From assembly GCF_006345805.1 (NCBI RefSeq), contig NC_043000.1, positions 38,378,001-38,442,000 of the forward strand: a stretch of 64,000 nt of DNA, read 5' to 3'. Origin of the DNA: Octopus sinensis. Taxonomy: Eukaryota. The notes below the pieces were generated by a model. It saw only the letters and a list, made by a program, of their open reading frames with translations. It was not told the DNA's origin and did not search any database. The translations under genes were made by a program, and so were the position numbers. How positions within the stretch are numbered: the stretch's first letter is position 1; each line of letters starts with the position of its first letter. Positions 1 through 13,607 of the stretch are shown in pieces.

Positions 1-1890
1 CAGACACACACACATACACACACGCATACACATCGATATTCGCATATGTATACGACGCTCATACAGTCTTTCTTGCTTGCTTTCCCATATTCACACACAC
101 ACACACACAAACAACCACACAAGCGCACACTTATTCAGCGCCGCAGACATCGATATGCACACACAAAAAAATACACTCTCGTGCGCGCACGCAATGACAG
201 AGGCTTTGAAATAGTGAAACACCCGCAGATTTAGGCGCACACACCCACACACACACACACTGACACACACACACACACACACTGGCATACACACACACAC
301 TGGCATACACGCACACACTGGCATGCACACACACACTGGCATATAGACACACACACACACTGGCATATAGACACACACACACACTGGCATATAGACACAC
401 ACACACACTGGCATACACACACACTGGCATAAACACACGCACACACTGGCATACACACACACTGGCATATAGACACAACTGGCATAACCACACACACACA
501 CACAGGCGAAACATACGTTGACACAAGCGCATTTCCATGCACACACCCTAACCCTATCGCATTCTGACGCATGTGCGCACCACATACACACTCACACATT
601 CACACACACACCCATACACACAGCCACATACACACACGCATTGATACACTAGCGCACTTCCATGCACATACTCTAACCGTCTGGCGTATGTGCTCACGCA
701 CTACCATACTCACACATTCACATACTTATACACGCAAACACTGGCGCGCGTGCACGCACACACACACACAAACAGGCACACACATGCACACTCTCACACA
801 CAAGCGCACTTGCATGCACACACTCTAACCTTTCACGCTCTGACGTCTGTGATCTCACACACACACGCACAAGCACATCAACACCACACACCACGCGTAC
901 ACAATATTCATACATCGTCACATATATGCGGATACACATCGCCATACACACAGAGACATGCATATATGCAGACAACACACAAACACATACACACACATAC
1001 ACATCGATATTCGCATATGTTACGACGTCATACAGTCTTTCTTGCTTGCTTTCCCATATTCCACACACCACACACAAACAACCACACAAGCGCACACTTA
1101 TTCAGCGCCGCAGACATCGATATGCACACACAAAAAAATACACTCTCGTGCGCACGCAATGACAGAGGCTTTGAAATAGTGAAACACCGCAGATTTAGGC
1201 GCACACCCCCACACACACACACACTGACACACACACACACACACACTGGCATACACACACACACTGGCCATACACGCACACACTGGCATGCACAACACAC
1301 TGGCATATAGACACCACACACACACACTGGCATATAGACACACACAACACACACTGGCATATAAACACACACACACACTGGCATACAACACACACACTGG
1401 CATAAACACACGCACACACTGGCATACACACACACTGGCATATAGACACACACTGGCATACACACACACACACACACAGGCGAATACATACGTTGACACA
1501 AGCGCATTTCCATGCACACCACCTAACCCTATCGCATTCTGACGCATGTGCGCACACACTACCACACTCACACATTCACACACACACCCATACACACAGC
1601 CACATACACACACGCATTGATACACTAGCGCACTTCATGCACATACTCTAACCGTCTGCGTATGTGCTCACGCACTACCATACTCACACTTCACATACTT
1701 ATACAAAACGCAAACACTGGCGCGCGTGCACGCACACACACACACAAACAGGCACACACATGCACACTCTCACACACAAGCGCACTTGCATGCACACACT
1801 CTAACCCTTTCACGCTCTGACGTCTGTGATCTCACACACACACGCACACTTACACACACACACTTACACACACACACTTACACACGTACA
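1..1890. repeat. ~975-bp tandem duplication of a CA-rich unit with an internal CTGGCATA(TAG)ACAC minisatellite
   Basis: Unique anchors recur at ~972-977 bp spacing (acatcgatattcgcatatgt at ~29 and ~1001; tgacgtctgtgatctc at ~841 and ~1818). Confidence 0.9.
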
Positions 1891-2019
1891 CACTCATAAA
1901 CACATCAATGAATCAGCTTCTTATTACACGTGATTGAATCATCACCAAACTTTTCTCTTCCTATCAATTATTTGTATCGAGAAGATTACCTCCTTTCATC
2001 AACAGTATTCATCTTGCAA

Positions 2020-2112
2020 TAATGATGATGATGATGATGATGATGATAATAATAATAATAATAATAATAATAATATAATAATAATAATAAATAATAATAA
2101 TAATAATGAATG

Positions 2113-2156
<44 letters not shown>

Positions 2157-2348
2157 TACAATAATAATAACAATAATAACCACAACAACAACAACAATAA
2201 TAATAATAATAATTACAATAATAATAACAACCATAACAACAACAACAACAACAATAATAACAATAACGACAACAACAACAGCAATAATAATAATAATAAT
2301 AATAATAACAATAATAATAATAACAATAATAATAATAACAATAATAAT
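2020..2348. repeat. (GAT)n/(AAT)n/(AAC)n compound microsatellite
   Basis: Read directly; explains the poly-N/I/Y ORFs. Confidence 0.95.
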
Positions 2349-3200
2349 ACAGTAGAAGTCCCATGCAGTTCCATCTACAAATAAACAAAAGCTAATGTCA
2401 CATCATTTTTTGTTAATCTCTCACCTTAACCTCTGTCACATTCACATCTTCATCATTGCTCTATCAACATCATCTACAGTTTCTATACTATCTACACTAT
2501 CAGCACCATCAACTCCGTGATATATACACATACACAACGATTCTATAACAACTCGCTATAATATATATAATATATATACATACATATTCATCACTCCTAA
2601 ATCTTTGATGTTCTTTACGAATCGTCCTTTTATATATCTCTTCAGTTTCTTCACTGCAAACGCGGCCGTCTCATATTTGCTTAAAAGAAGCACATAAAAG
2701 AAAAATAAAATATCGTATTTGACGGCGTATAAGACGCACCCTTGTTTTACGAGTATATTTGGTGGGACTAGACAAATGTATGTTTCAACAGGCACGCAAT
2801 GAAAGATATTTTTAAAGGGTTTTGTAGGGTAATGTAGGTATATACAATATCGTGTCCGTTATATTCTGGAATAAAAAAACGAAGCCACAAATATATCATC
2901 ATACTAGGTTATAGGAGTGCCGTGTTTCAATGTTAGCTTCTTTCAGACCGACTGTATTGTTGTTTATATTATGATCAAGACAGTTACCAAGTTACCTGGA
3001 AAGCTCATATTTTGGGCTCTGATATTTCGTGTTACTTGGATTGACCAATAAAGTGGTACTTAAACCCTATGGATTTATTGTCATTCCCTCATTGCAAAAA
3101 GCTGACATGCAGTAGTGCGTCCCTCTCATCTTTCTAGAAGAATCTTTCATTTAAATGATAAACATTCTTTTTTAAGTAACAGTCGTTTACGAATATAAGG

Positions 3201-3675
3201 CAGTGGTTGTCAACCATTTTTCATCTATGGATCCCGTTTGATTGCTGTTTTACTCTGGTGAACTCCGCTAACCATTTGATGTTTAAAAGCTAGTTGTATA
3301 TATAATTCTTTTAAAACTACGGAAATGTACTTGCATAGCAAGTGACCTGATCTGAGAGCGTGTGCTTGTCAGTGAACAAGTCGCGGTTTCAAAGCGACGA
3401 AAATATCTTGACAAATTAAATTTAAACGTTAAAGTGAATCTAACGGTTTTTGTGTGAGTTTTTAAATTGCTTATAAATACCTTCCACGCTGCAATGGTCT
3501 TTTAAAATTCCTATTTTGCTTTTCACACATTAACCTTGTGTGTAGGTTGAACTATGTAAATGTCAGAGAAAGAATCTGATTCGTTTCTTGCAATAGAAAC
3601 ATCAAAAGCCAAATTTATCGTGATGGACCCACAATAGCTGACTATTGTGGATTATTGTGGCTCCCCAGTTTGCTG
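3201..3675. mobile_element. hAT/Charlie-like MITE with a nested hammerhead-bearing repeat (~3325-3495)
   Basis: Starts cagtggttgtcaacc; decayed ctccccagtttg end; internal segment homologous to the 45.4-46.15 kb repeat. Confidence 0.4.
3366..3414 (+). ncRNA. Variant type I hammerhead, family C (G3-C8 core); diverged copy
   Basis: ttgtca GTGAACA a gtcgc-ggtttcaaa-gcgac GAA aatatc t tgacaa: 6-bp stem I, 5-bp stem II; stem III palindrome broken. Confidence 0.5.
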
Positions 3676-5420
3676 TTTTAATTATATTCGATTAGAACCT
3701 ATCCGTCATCCACGTAATTACTCCGTTCCTTTGATAAACAGCAAATGGAGGAGATACCTTGCAGCTCTTCTCGTTCACTCTTCTGCTTGATAGTTTCTGA
3801 AAATATATTGGATAGGATATAAGACGCACTCTTTCTCGAAAAAAAGAAGGAAAAGTCTCCTTGGATCCTATATACAAAGGTGGGCACCTCAAAATCTTTA
3901 ATACATTATAAACGTTATTGACTATTTACTGGGGGAAAATAGGTTGTGTGATATACCCGTGGGTGTAAATACAGTAATTACTGATCCTTCTGTCGCTTGG
4001 GTGTTTTTTGGTTTGGTCTGTGGTTGAGATGATGAATGAAAATATGTTTGTTGGGTGACATGTAGAAGTAACTGAACAACACCCACGAACATTTAAGAAA
4101 ATAATTTATTATCGCACAAAAGTTAAATTGCGTTGGTGTTTTACAGATAACAGTAACGATAATTACATACTGGGAACTCTTGAAGTTTACGGAAAACTAC
4201 GGATACAGTAACATGCAGTTTGCCCAACATAAATGGAAACAATTGTGCTATATTAGTGGCGATGGAGGGTCTTGGTCATCAGTCTAAACCGTCTTCGAGT
4301 ACTGTCTGGTGTGGCAAGAATGGAGACACACCTAGTTCGGCTACCTCAACATTTTGCAATCAATTACCACCTAAAGCAGCTTTTGATAAAGCACTGGAAG
4401 ATTCTAGATGGAATTATGCAATGGATTGGCGTTGATTGCTTATTTAACAGACCAACCACGTGAAACTGTTGTTGTTTGCTCGTGTTGTCTGAGTGCGTAT
4501 CCAGGGATTCGGTTTCGAATCACCGCTACAGTTCGTTTGCACGTTTGTAAACAACAAAGCTAAAGAGTTACACTGAACAGAACAAGATATATCGTGACGA
4601 TAATGTATTTCTCATCTGGGAACCGACATTGAAACACTTTATTTAAACCCTCCTCTGAACAGTTCAGAGAAAATGACAGTGCGACTACTTGGCGATCGAC
4701 TTTGAGAAGAAAAAAACCCTCGGGTAATCTAGAATACGAAACAGTTTTAAAGCCCGTCGAAGTAGTTTACTTTTAATATCATGAACATTTTCCTTCACGA
4801 AGGCTGAATGGCACAATTTTCTGCTTGCTATCATATAAACTATGAACATTTATTTCAATTTCTAAATACATCACATCTGAAGAAAGGACAAGACGGCCAT
4901 GATAAGAACGCCCTTCACAAAATGTCTATCAGAAGTCTAATCAGCAACTATTATCAACCCTTCCCCCTCTCTTTCTCACTCTCACACACACACATACTCT
5001 CTCTTTCTCTCTCTCTTTCGTACGCACACACACACACACACCACACACACACTCTCTCTCTCTCTCTCTCTCTCTCTTTCGCACACACACACACATACAC
5101 TCTCTCTCTCTCTCTTTGCTGGAAAATTTATTGGCTTCAAATTTTGGCACAGGTCCAGCAAATTCAGGGGAGAGGGGATAAGCCGATTACATCGACCCCA
5201 GTCTTCAACTGGTACATATTTTGTGAAACACGAAAAGATGAAAGGCAAAGTCGACCTCAGCAAAATAGTGCGCCAACGATCCTGTCTGCTCGTCGCCTGT
5301 TTTTGCAGGAAGTATACAGAGTGGTGCAAAAGTAGGTTGAAAGTTATGAAAAGAGAAAATACGTACAATACTCCTATATTTTTATCAAAAAAATTAAAAG
5401 ATGCGATAAAAGTACTATTA

Positions 5421-5784
5421 TAGTTCCGGATTCAGTCCCCCTGCGTGGCACCTTGGGCAAGTGACTTCTACTATAGCCTCGGGCCGATCAAAACCTTGTG
5501 AGTGGATTTGGAAACTGAAAGAAGCCCGTCGTATATATATATATATATATATATATGTACGTGTGTGTATATGTTTGTGTGTTTGTGTTTGTCCCCCCAC
5601 TATCGCTTGACAACCGATGCTGGTGTATTTACGTCCCCGTAACTTAGCGGTTCGGCAAAAGAGACCCATAGAATAAGTACTAGGCTTACAAAGTATAAGT
5701 CCTGGGGTCGATTTGGTCGACTAAAGGCGGTGCTCCAGCATGGCCACAGTCAAATGACTGAAACAAGTAAAAGAGTAAAAGAGT
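5421..5784 (+). mobile_element. tRNA-derived SINE family 1 (5'-truncated)
   Basis: Matches the complete copies at 59170 and 60731; internal (TA)n(TG)n. Confidence 0.85.
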
Positions 5785-5807
5785 ATAGTTATGATGAATG
5801 CATTATT

Positions 5808-5922
5808 ATGATTAATGACACCAAAAATAAACGAGGCTGGCTAATTTAATGTGCTAATAGTTTTAATGAATTAAATATTATAAAATTGATGTGATACTCA
5901 CTGTATACCTACTTTTGCACCC
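5808..5922 (+). repeat. Unclassified dispersed repeat
   Basis: Close copy at ~62745-62865 (attaatgacaccaaaaata...gtgatactcactgtatacctacttttgcaccc). Confidence 0.8.
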
Positions 5923-7560
5923 CCACCCCCTGATCAAGAATCAATAAGACTTATCAAGACAATATTTTCGACACAAGACACTTATTCATTTTCGGTTCGT
6001 AATTTTGGCATCAACGACATTCTTTGTTTCATTCATCATCCTTCAAAACCAATCTGGTTGCGTCGAAGAGATTTTTTCATTTAGGAACTCTTCAACATAA
6101 AGTCATGAAAGTCAATGAATTGAAGAATTGGCTCTGCTTTGTTTCAGTGGAACATATTAACATGTCATATGCCAGGAACAGGAATCTTGAAGTTTGTGTA
6201 AGAGAGGCCGAAACCATCAGAGCCTGACCGAGGATATGAAAATAGCCTGTCGGGCTAACAACTCTTTAAATATGACCTGCCGAAATACGGCTCACATGAC
6301 CGTGTGAGAATACATAAATTAAAACATTTATTTTGTTGTGGATTTTTTTTTTAATTTGCTTTTGCTTTTGTTTTGTTTATTATTATTATTATTATTATTA
6401 TTATCATTTTTTTGTTTCTATGGTATGAGAAAAATAATAGGAAGTAATGTAAATTTGTGAGAAAGTAACGAGCGAAAGTATAAGAGAGAGAGAGAGAGAG
6501 AGAGAGAGGCAGACAGAGACAGATATATATATATAGTAGAATGAGAGGGTGAGGTGGAAAGTGAAAGAGTGTGTAATAGAGGAAAAGCAAAAGGAAAACA
6601 ATGGTGGAGAAAGACTTAAAAAAAGGAGATAAATTCTAGGGAAGCTTTCGATTTCTTCCATCCAGGAGTGGAGGTTGACTCAAAATTCTACACTATTACA
6701 CTCTTATAGCTTTATCTCCTTCGAGTCCGATTGCTAAAATAATTTATTTCAAATATTTTTCAGGTTCGATACTTATGATGTAAACAGGGTTCGAATTCCG
6801 CTGACAACCTTTGATATTTTCCATCCCAGGTCTTCTTTTTTTTTTTTTCAAAAAATCCTACACGTTATAGTTTATAGCTTTATCTACATCGAGTTCAAAA
6901 GCGTTAAAAACGATTTGTTAAAAAGCACATTCTTCCTGTTGCTTTAGGTATTACATAAGCCTGATCCGACTTAACGATTACCTCATCAAAGACGTAGTAA
7001 TTAGATTGGGCTACACGTAGGTAATTCGGTCTTACAATTCTCAACGAGACCCGCTTAAAGTAAACATTTTCAAGGCTCACTCTCCTCTCTTGGATTTTCT
7101 ATGTATATTCAGTGATATTCATAACCATGGAGACCACTAGCAAGAACCTTCAACTGAAGAACTCTGCTAGTTGGGAGCTTCGTTTGGGCGAAGAACGGAA
7201 AGACTTGTAGTGTTTATTCCAGCTCTCGTCGCTCTGAGTTCAAATCCTGTCTAACTCAGCTTTTGCATCTCAATGACTGTAAAACAAAGTGCGTGTTAAA
7301 GGTCGCAGATTTGTCATTTATGTATTAATTGTTTCAGACTTTGAACTGCGGCCATGCTGCAGCAACACCTTTCAGTTACAAAAATCGCCCTCAGACATTT
7401 TGTCTCTTAAGTCTGGTATTTATTCTACCGTTCAATTTTGCCGAAACGGAAATGCACAGGAATGTCAACAAATCAACACCGATCGCCAACCGGGGTGGGT
7501 AACAAACGCATAAACACATGTTCACACAAATACCCACCATATATGTGTGTGTGTCTGTGT

Positions 7561-7865
7561 GAAGGCGCATGGCTCAGTAATTAGAGCGTCGAGCTTTCGA
7601 TCGTTAGGTTATGAGTTCGATCCCCGGATTGGCCTGTGTGTTGTGTTCTTGAGCAAGACACTTTATTTCACATTGCTCCAGTTCACTCATTCGTAGAAAT
7701 GAGTTGCGACATCACTGATGCCAAGCTGGATCGGCCCCTTTGCCTTTCCCTTGGATAACATTGGTGGCATGGAGAGGGCAGGTCGGTATGCATGGGCGAC
7801 AGCTGGCTTTCTTGGTAGTCATTGTTGTTGTTTGTGGTGGTCATTCCTAACCGAAGGGGGTTTCT
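7561..7865 (+). mobile_element. tRNA-derived SINE family 3
   Basis: A box tggctcagtaattag and B box gagttcgatccc; homologues at 29171 (-) and 53903 (+). Confidence 0.85.
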
Positions 7866-7953
7866 TCCTCCTATATATATATATACATACGTATATACAT
7901 ATATATATACATACATATATATATATCTATATTATATATATATATATATCTAT

Positions 7954-7994
<41 letters not shown>

Positions 7995-8083
7995 GATAAT
8001 ATATATATATGTATGTATGTATTTATGTAAAAAGATACAAACTGGGACAAGTACCCTTTTGGCCTTGTATGTAAGTAATAGTA

Positions 8084-8131
<48 letters not shown>

Positions 8132-9518
8132 TATGTATAAAAATTATATATATAAATACAAAATGGAACAAGAACGCAAAATACACAAAGAAACGACACA
8201 AAAAACGAACGGGTCATTCGAAGCCTCTAATCTTCAGTCAGGAACCGGATCATCCTAGCAAAATTCGGCTGATTAATCCTGATATCGCTCCGATCCGGCC
8301 AGCCCCAAGGAAAAACTAAGCTGCGAGCATTAGATTTCTTGGAAAAAGGATCGAATATATACGAAACAAGGACAGAAAACCGGACGATGCCACACGAAAA
8401 TAAATACAAAAAAAAAATAAAAAAACAAGAATGGTAATAACAGGACAAAAACAGCAGGTGTCTTACGACTTTAGACAATTTAACTTATCTTAGCTGGCGT
8501 ATTTTGAAATAAATGCTTTTGCGGCAGACGAAGAAAAACACGGCTTCCGCACAGTTTCCGCCTTCCAAATTCACTCACAAGGTCTTGGTCACTCAAGATG
8601 ATGCGAAATGTGGCTGATCCGAAAACCATTTGGTTTGAAAGCGAGCTTCTCACTCAGCCTCACAACGATACGTGTCGGATAACTTATAGGATTTGTTTCA
8701 AATTTTGTGTTTTGCTTTTTCTTGTGGTAGATGTTATCCTTCAGTTGGATTAAGAACCACTGTTACGCTCGTTCGGTGACTGAGTTTGAGAAGTTTTGGT
8801 GCCGTCTATCTGGCGCCGCTGACACGACGTTGACTTTGCAACAGCCGTTTAAATGTTTTGTCTCGTTTCACTGTTTCTCTTGTCTTCTTCCTCTTTCCGT
8901 GTGTGTGTGTGCGCTTGTGTGTGTGTGCGTGTGTTTGTGTGTATGTGTGTTTGTTTCTGTGTATGTGTGTTTGTTTCTGTGTATGTGTGTTCATGTGTGT
9001 GTTTGTGTGTATGACAAAACTTTTCTCTATATGTATTAAATGTAAAGTGTTTGTGTCAATTGATTTCAATTAAAAAAGTTGTAACATTTCTCTCTCTACC
9101 CCTCTAATTATTTCTATCAGTGAGGGTATATTTCTGTGCATGCGTCTGTATGTCTGCGCATGTGAACCCCCAATTATAAATGTTACTTCCACTAAAATGG
9201 ACTCAATGTCCAATTAGTCGTGCCAAATCGCCAGTGTCGGAACTGCAGCGCCCTGTCGTCTCATTCTGTAACGAATTTCGCAGTGTTCAATTGTGGGAGG
9301 CATTCAAGTTAGATCGCAAGGCTGGAGGTAAGTCCATCACACCATTCCCAGAATTTTGTTTCTGAACAAACAATGGCTCATGTGCAATGCTTTTCCTCCA
9401 CAACGAAACAGTGAAAAAAACTGCACGTATACAAAATAAAACACACACACACACATACACGGAATTATAAAATCGTGCTTCCTGTTTACATTGTAAATTT
9501 ATAAATATAAGATATAAA

Positions 9519-9925
9519 AGGCGGCGAGCTGGCAGAAACGTTAGCACGCCGGGCGAAATGCTTAGCGGTATTTCGTTTGCCATTACGTTCTGAGTTCAAA
9601 TTCCACCGAGGTCGACTTTGCCGTTCATCCTTTCGGAGTCGATTAAATAAGTACCAGTTACGCACTGGGGTCGATATAATCGACTTAATCCGTTTGTCTG
9701 TCCTTGTTTGTTCTCTCTGTGTTTAGCTCCTTGTGGGTAGTAAAGAAATAGGCATTTCGTCTGTCTTTTATGTTCTGAGTTCAAAGTCTACCGAGGTCGT
9801 CTTTGACTTTCATCGCTTCGGGGTCGATAAATTAAGTACCAGCTGCCTACTGGTGTCGATCTAATCGACTGGCCACCCATCTCTAAAAATTTCGGGTCTT
9901 GTGCCGAGAGTAGAAAAGGATAAAT
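9519..9925 (+). mobile_element. tRNA-derived SINE family 2 with internal duplication
   Basis: aggcggcgagctggcagaa head, gttctgagttcaaattcc B box, taagtaccag...ggggtcgat core present twice. Confidence 0.85.
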
Positions 9926-10289
9926 ATAAAATCATCTTGATTTTCACCGTATTTCTCATAAATCACTGCAAACCATTCATATTAGATTTGTAGCAGAAGC
10001 GGTGATTCCATCTTAAAATTCCATCGTCGAACAATCTTCACAAACAGTTTGATGTATGTTAAGACTCAAAGACAATGAAAAATATCACCACCACCACCAA
10101 CAACAACAACGACTGCCAAGAAATATAACAATCATAATAATGATGATATTAAAAATAAGACAAAACAAAGCAGTTCCAAGAAGTAGTCAACGGAGCAGTA
10201 GATAAGGATTTTGGTTTTACCATCTGGCACGTGAAGGCGTCAATTTCGAATTGACTCCAGCGTTTACAAAAACCTTGACGGCGATACGA

Positions 10290-10735
10290 ATAGATAGATA
10301 GAGAGGGAGAGCGAGAGAGAGGTTTATAGATAGATAGATAGAGAGAGAAGGCGAGGAAAAGAACGAGAGAGAGAGATTTATAGATAGATAGGTAGATAGA
10401 GAGGGGGAGGGAGGGAGACAGAAAGAGAGAGAGATTTATAGATAGATAGATAGATAATTAGATAGAGAGGGCGAGGGAGAGAGAGAGAAAGAGAGAGAGA
10501 TTTACAGATAGATAGTTAGATAGGTAGATAGAGAGGAAGAAGGAGACAGGGAAAGAAGGAGAGAGAGATTTATAGATAGATTCATAGGCAGAGAGAGAGG
10601 GAGAGAGAGAGAAAGAAGGAGAGAGAGAGAAGGAAGGAGAGAGAGAGAGAGAAAGGAGGAGAGAGAGATTTATAGATAGATGGATAGAAAGAGAGAGAGA
10701 AAGAATGAGAGAGACAGAGAGAGAGATGAAAGGAT
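10290..10735. repeat. Higher-order (GA)n-TTTA-(GATA)n minisatellite
   Basis: gagagatttatagatagata recurs about six times at ~60-100 bp spacing. Confidence 0.8.
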
Positions 10736-10999
10736 GAAGAAAAGGGAGCGGAATGGAAAAAAGGCAAAAGTGAAAATGAAGAAGAAGCGAAACGGATGAA
10801 GGAAAATGAATTCAACGGATGAGAGATGAACGGGAAAAACTGAAGGAAAGAGGGAAAAAAAGGAAAAAGGAAAAAGAAAAGGAAACGTATAATGTCTTAA
10901 AAGATTTGATAAAGGATAAAAATAGATAATGAAAAACGGTCGCGAGGAAATATTAGCTTCTAAAGATCATCTGATGGAAAGAACGCCAACATTTCACGC

Positions 11000-11300
11000 T
11001 TGGTTACCTCTTGTCTCCGTCAACTATGGACCACCGTATGTTCATCATGGTTAAGGCATACCGTCTTCTCTCACCAAAAACGCTCGTCTTTCCAATGAAT
11101 TTTGGGTTGTTTTTTTCTTCTTGCTGTTGTTACTGCTGCTGCTGCCGCCGCCGCTGTCGATGTTGTGTTCCTGCTGCCATCTTTATTCGCGTTTCTGTTT
11201 TACAGCTCCTTTTATTCCCAGAATGTATTCTGTCTGTAATTGGGTTTTAAACGTCAAATGGCGCGAGATTTCTCCCGCCACCTGCTTCGCCGACATTTTG
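11000..11300. promoter_or_regulatory. Candidate CpG-rich, possibly bidirectional promoter / first exon
   Basis: Opposed YY1-like motifs (gccatctt 11176-11183; aaatggcg 11256-11263), E2F-like tctcccgcc, local CpG enrichment, and a minus-strand accATG...aagag|gtaacc. Confidence 0.3.
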
Positions 11301-11579
11301 TCTCTTCGTCTTCTCTCTTTTTCCGTTTTATTTCATTTCATATTCTCTTTCCTTTCATCTTCATCACTATTGTCTCTCTCAATAGCAGCAATAGTTACAG
11401 ACACCAGAATCATCATCATCTTCATCATCATCATCATCTTCAGTAGCATAACTAACACCATCATTATCATCCTCCCCCTCATCATCATCATCATCTTCAG
11501 CGTCATCTTCGTTTTCTTCTTTTACCTCTTCCTCAATCACAAACACCACCGTCGAAAACCACAAGCACAACAACTATAG

Positions 11580-11591
11580 CTATTATCATTC

Positions 11592-11626
<35 letters not shown>

Positions 11627-11803
11627 GCTGCTGTTGCTGCTGCTGCTGCTACTACTGCTGCTGCTACTGCTGTTGCTGCTGCTGTTGCTGCTGCTGTTGC
11701 TCAGTTGCTCATGATGATGATGATGTTGCTGCTACTGCTGCTACTACCGGTCTTCCAATTATTCTTGCTGTTGATGTTGCTGCAGTTATTATTATCATTG
11801 TTA

Positions 11804-11846
<43 letters not shown>

Positions 11847-12065
11847 TTATTTTATTATTATTATTATTATTGTTTATTATTATTATTATTATTATCATTA
11901 TATTATTATTATTATTATTATCATTATTATTATATTATTGTTATTAATCATATCATCATATCATTATTATTAATTATTATCATTATTATTATTATTATTA
12001 TCATTATTTATTATTATTATTGTTATTATCACATCATCATCATCATCATTATTTTATTATTATCA

Positions 12066-12111
<46 letters not shown>

Positions 12112-12127
12112 CATTATTATTATTATT

Positions 12128-12158
<31 letters not shown>

Positions 12159-12212
12159 TATTATCATTATTATTATTATTATCATATTATTATCATTATT
12201 ATTATTATTATT

Positions 12213-12243
<31 letters not shown>

Positions 12244-12258
12244 CATTATTATTTATTA

Positions 12259-12338
<80 letters not shown>
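11580..12338. repeat. (CTA)n/(CTG)n/(TAT)n microsatellite block
   Basis: Read directly. Confidence 0.95.
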
Positions 12339-12339
<1 letters not shown>

Positions 12340-12972
12340 TGTAGTTTGGAGCTGGTGTTTCCCAGGAGGTTTTACACACAAAACCTATCAGTAAAACGAT
12401 ATTTATTGGCGGCGGCTGAGTGCTGTAACACGGAGTTTCCTTCAATGACAGTACATCAGGTGCCGTAGACCATGACACAGTGGGGTGTAGGGAGGACGGT
12501 GCCAAAGTGCCATTCAACCAAATGAGTTCCTTGTTTTTAATTTCGTTTAAGAACCATTTTCACATACGTCATCTGATACCCAAGGGAAAGGCATGAACTC
12601 CGCAAAATCTGCTATTTTCAAAATGTCTGCTAACTTAAAAATCTGTAATTTTTTTCAGATTCTGGGACTCAAGAAAGCGCCCTAATTATATTATTTTAAA
12701 TACACATTGGTTTAGTACAAGAAGTAGTATACTCTCTACTCCTGTTTTGGGATCGAATTTGATTGCAGACGTTTCGTTGCATTCTTGGGTAGGTCGCTAC
12801 AGTTCTATAAAGCTGGTCGGATAATCTAACATCGAACAGACCGTCAAACGATTGGAGCAGTATACATCCATCACTTAGCTTTCTTCTTCATCGCCATTAT
12901 TACCGCGAGCAGCAACAGTAATAAAAATAAAGCACAACTGCCAGAACATATATATGTGTGTGTGTTTGTGTC

Positions 12973-13012
<40 letters not shown>

Positions 13013-13047
13013 TATATATATATATATATATATACATATATATATAA

Positions 13048-13232
13048 AGGGAAAGTTTATGAAAATAAACAATAGACGAAGGCAGGCGGAGTACAAACAA
13101 ACAAATGTATTAGTATAGCGCTCAGGAATGGAAAAAGTCTTTTACGTTTCGAGTCTACGCTCTTCGACAGAAAGATACACAGTAAAAAACAAGAAGAGAA
13201 AAAAATGCGTGTAGTAGCTAACGATCTATCAT
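13048..13232 (-). mobile_element. PLE pseudo-LTR-like repeat, family A
   Basis: Homologous to copies at 22.0, 28.35, 30.1, 50.4, 61.2, 61.4 and 62.4 kb. Confidence 0.75.
13138..13175 (-). ncRNA. Variant type I hammerhead, family A (U6 plus extra nt)
   Basis: tcttt CTGTCGA a gag-cgtaga-ctc GAA ACGT A aaaga: 5-bp stem I, 3-bp stem II, palindromic ACGT stem III, GUA site. Confidence 0.6.
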
Positions 13233-13334
13233 GGCGTATGTATGTATGTACGTATGTATTGTATGTATGTATGTATGTATGTATGTATGTATGTATGTAT
13301 GTATGTATGTATTTATGTATATATGTATGTATGA

Positions 13335-13369
<35 letters not shown>

Positions 13370-13607
13370 CGTGGCTGTGTGGTAAGAAGCTTGCTTACCA
13401 ACCACATAGTTCTGTCGTATATATATATATGTGTATATATATGTATGTGTGTGTTTGTTATTTGTGTTTGTGTTTGTCCCCCACCATCGCTTGACAACCG
13501 ATGTTACCTCCCCGTCACTTAGCGTTCAGGCAAAAGAGACCGACAGAATAAGTACTAAGTTTACAAAGAATAAGTCCTGGGGTCGCAGTCAAATGACTGA
13601 AACATGA
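13370..13607 (+). mobile_element. SINE family 1, internally deleted
   Basis: gtggctgtgtggtaag head and cagtcaaatgactgaaac tail. Confidence 0.8.

Larger units (their letters stand above)
2711..3976. mobile_element. Degenerate pogo/Tigger-like DNA transposon remnant
   Basis: TA-tcgtatttgacggcgtataagacgcac at 2711, second tataagacgcac at ~3818 and a decayed end aaatacagta at 3967-3976 resemble TcMar-pogo termini; no transposase visible. Confidence 0.35.

Noticed and set aside
4220-4463. Short overlapping ORFs as a host exon or transposase
   Set aside because: No recognisable motif or convincing splice sites.
7561-7640. tRNA gene (also the heads at ~9519, ~29440, ~41530, 59170, 60731)
   Set aside because: A/B boxes are present but run into SINE bodies without a complete cloverleaf.
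8205-8245. Minus-strand CTGAAGA...CGAA hammerhead
   Set aside because: No A15.1/stem III/NUH and no stem I pairing.
12765-12810. Minus-strand GAAACGTC hammerhead half
   Set aside because: No credible core upstream.
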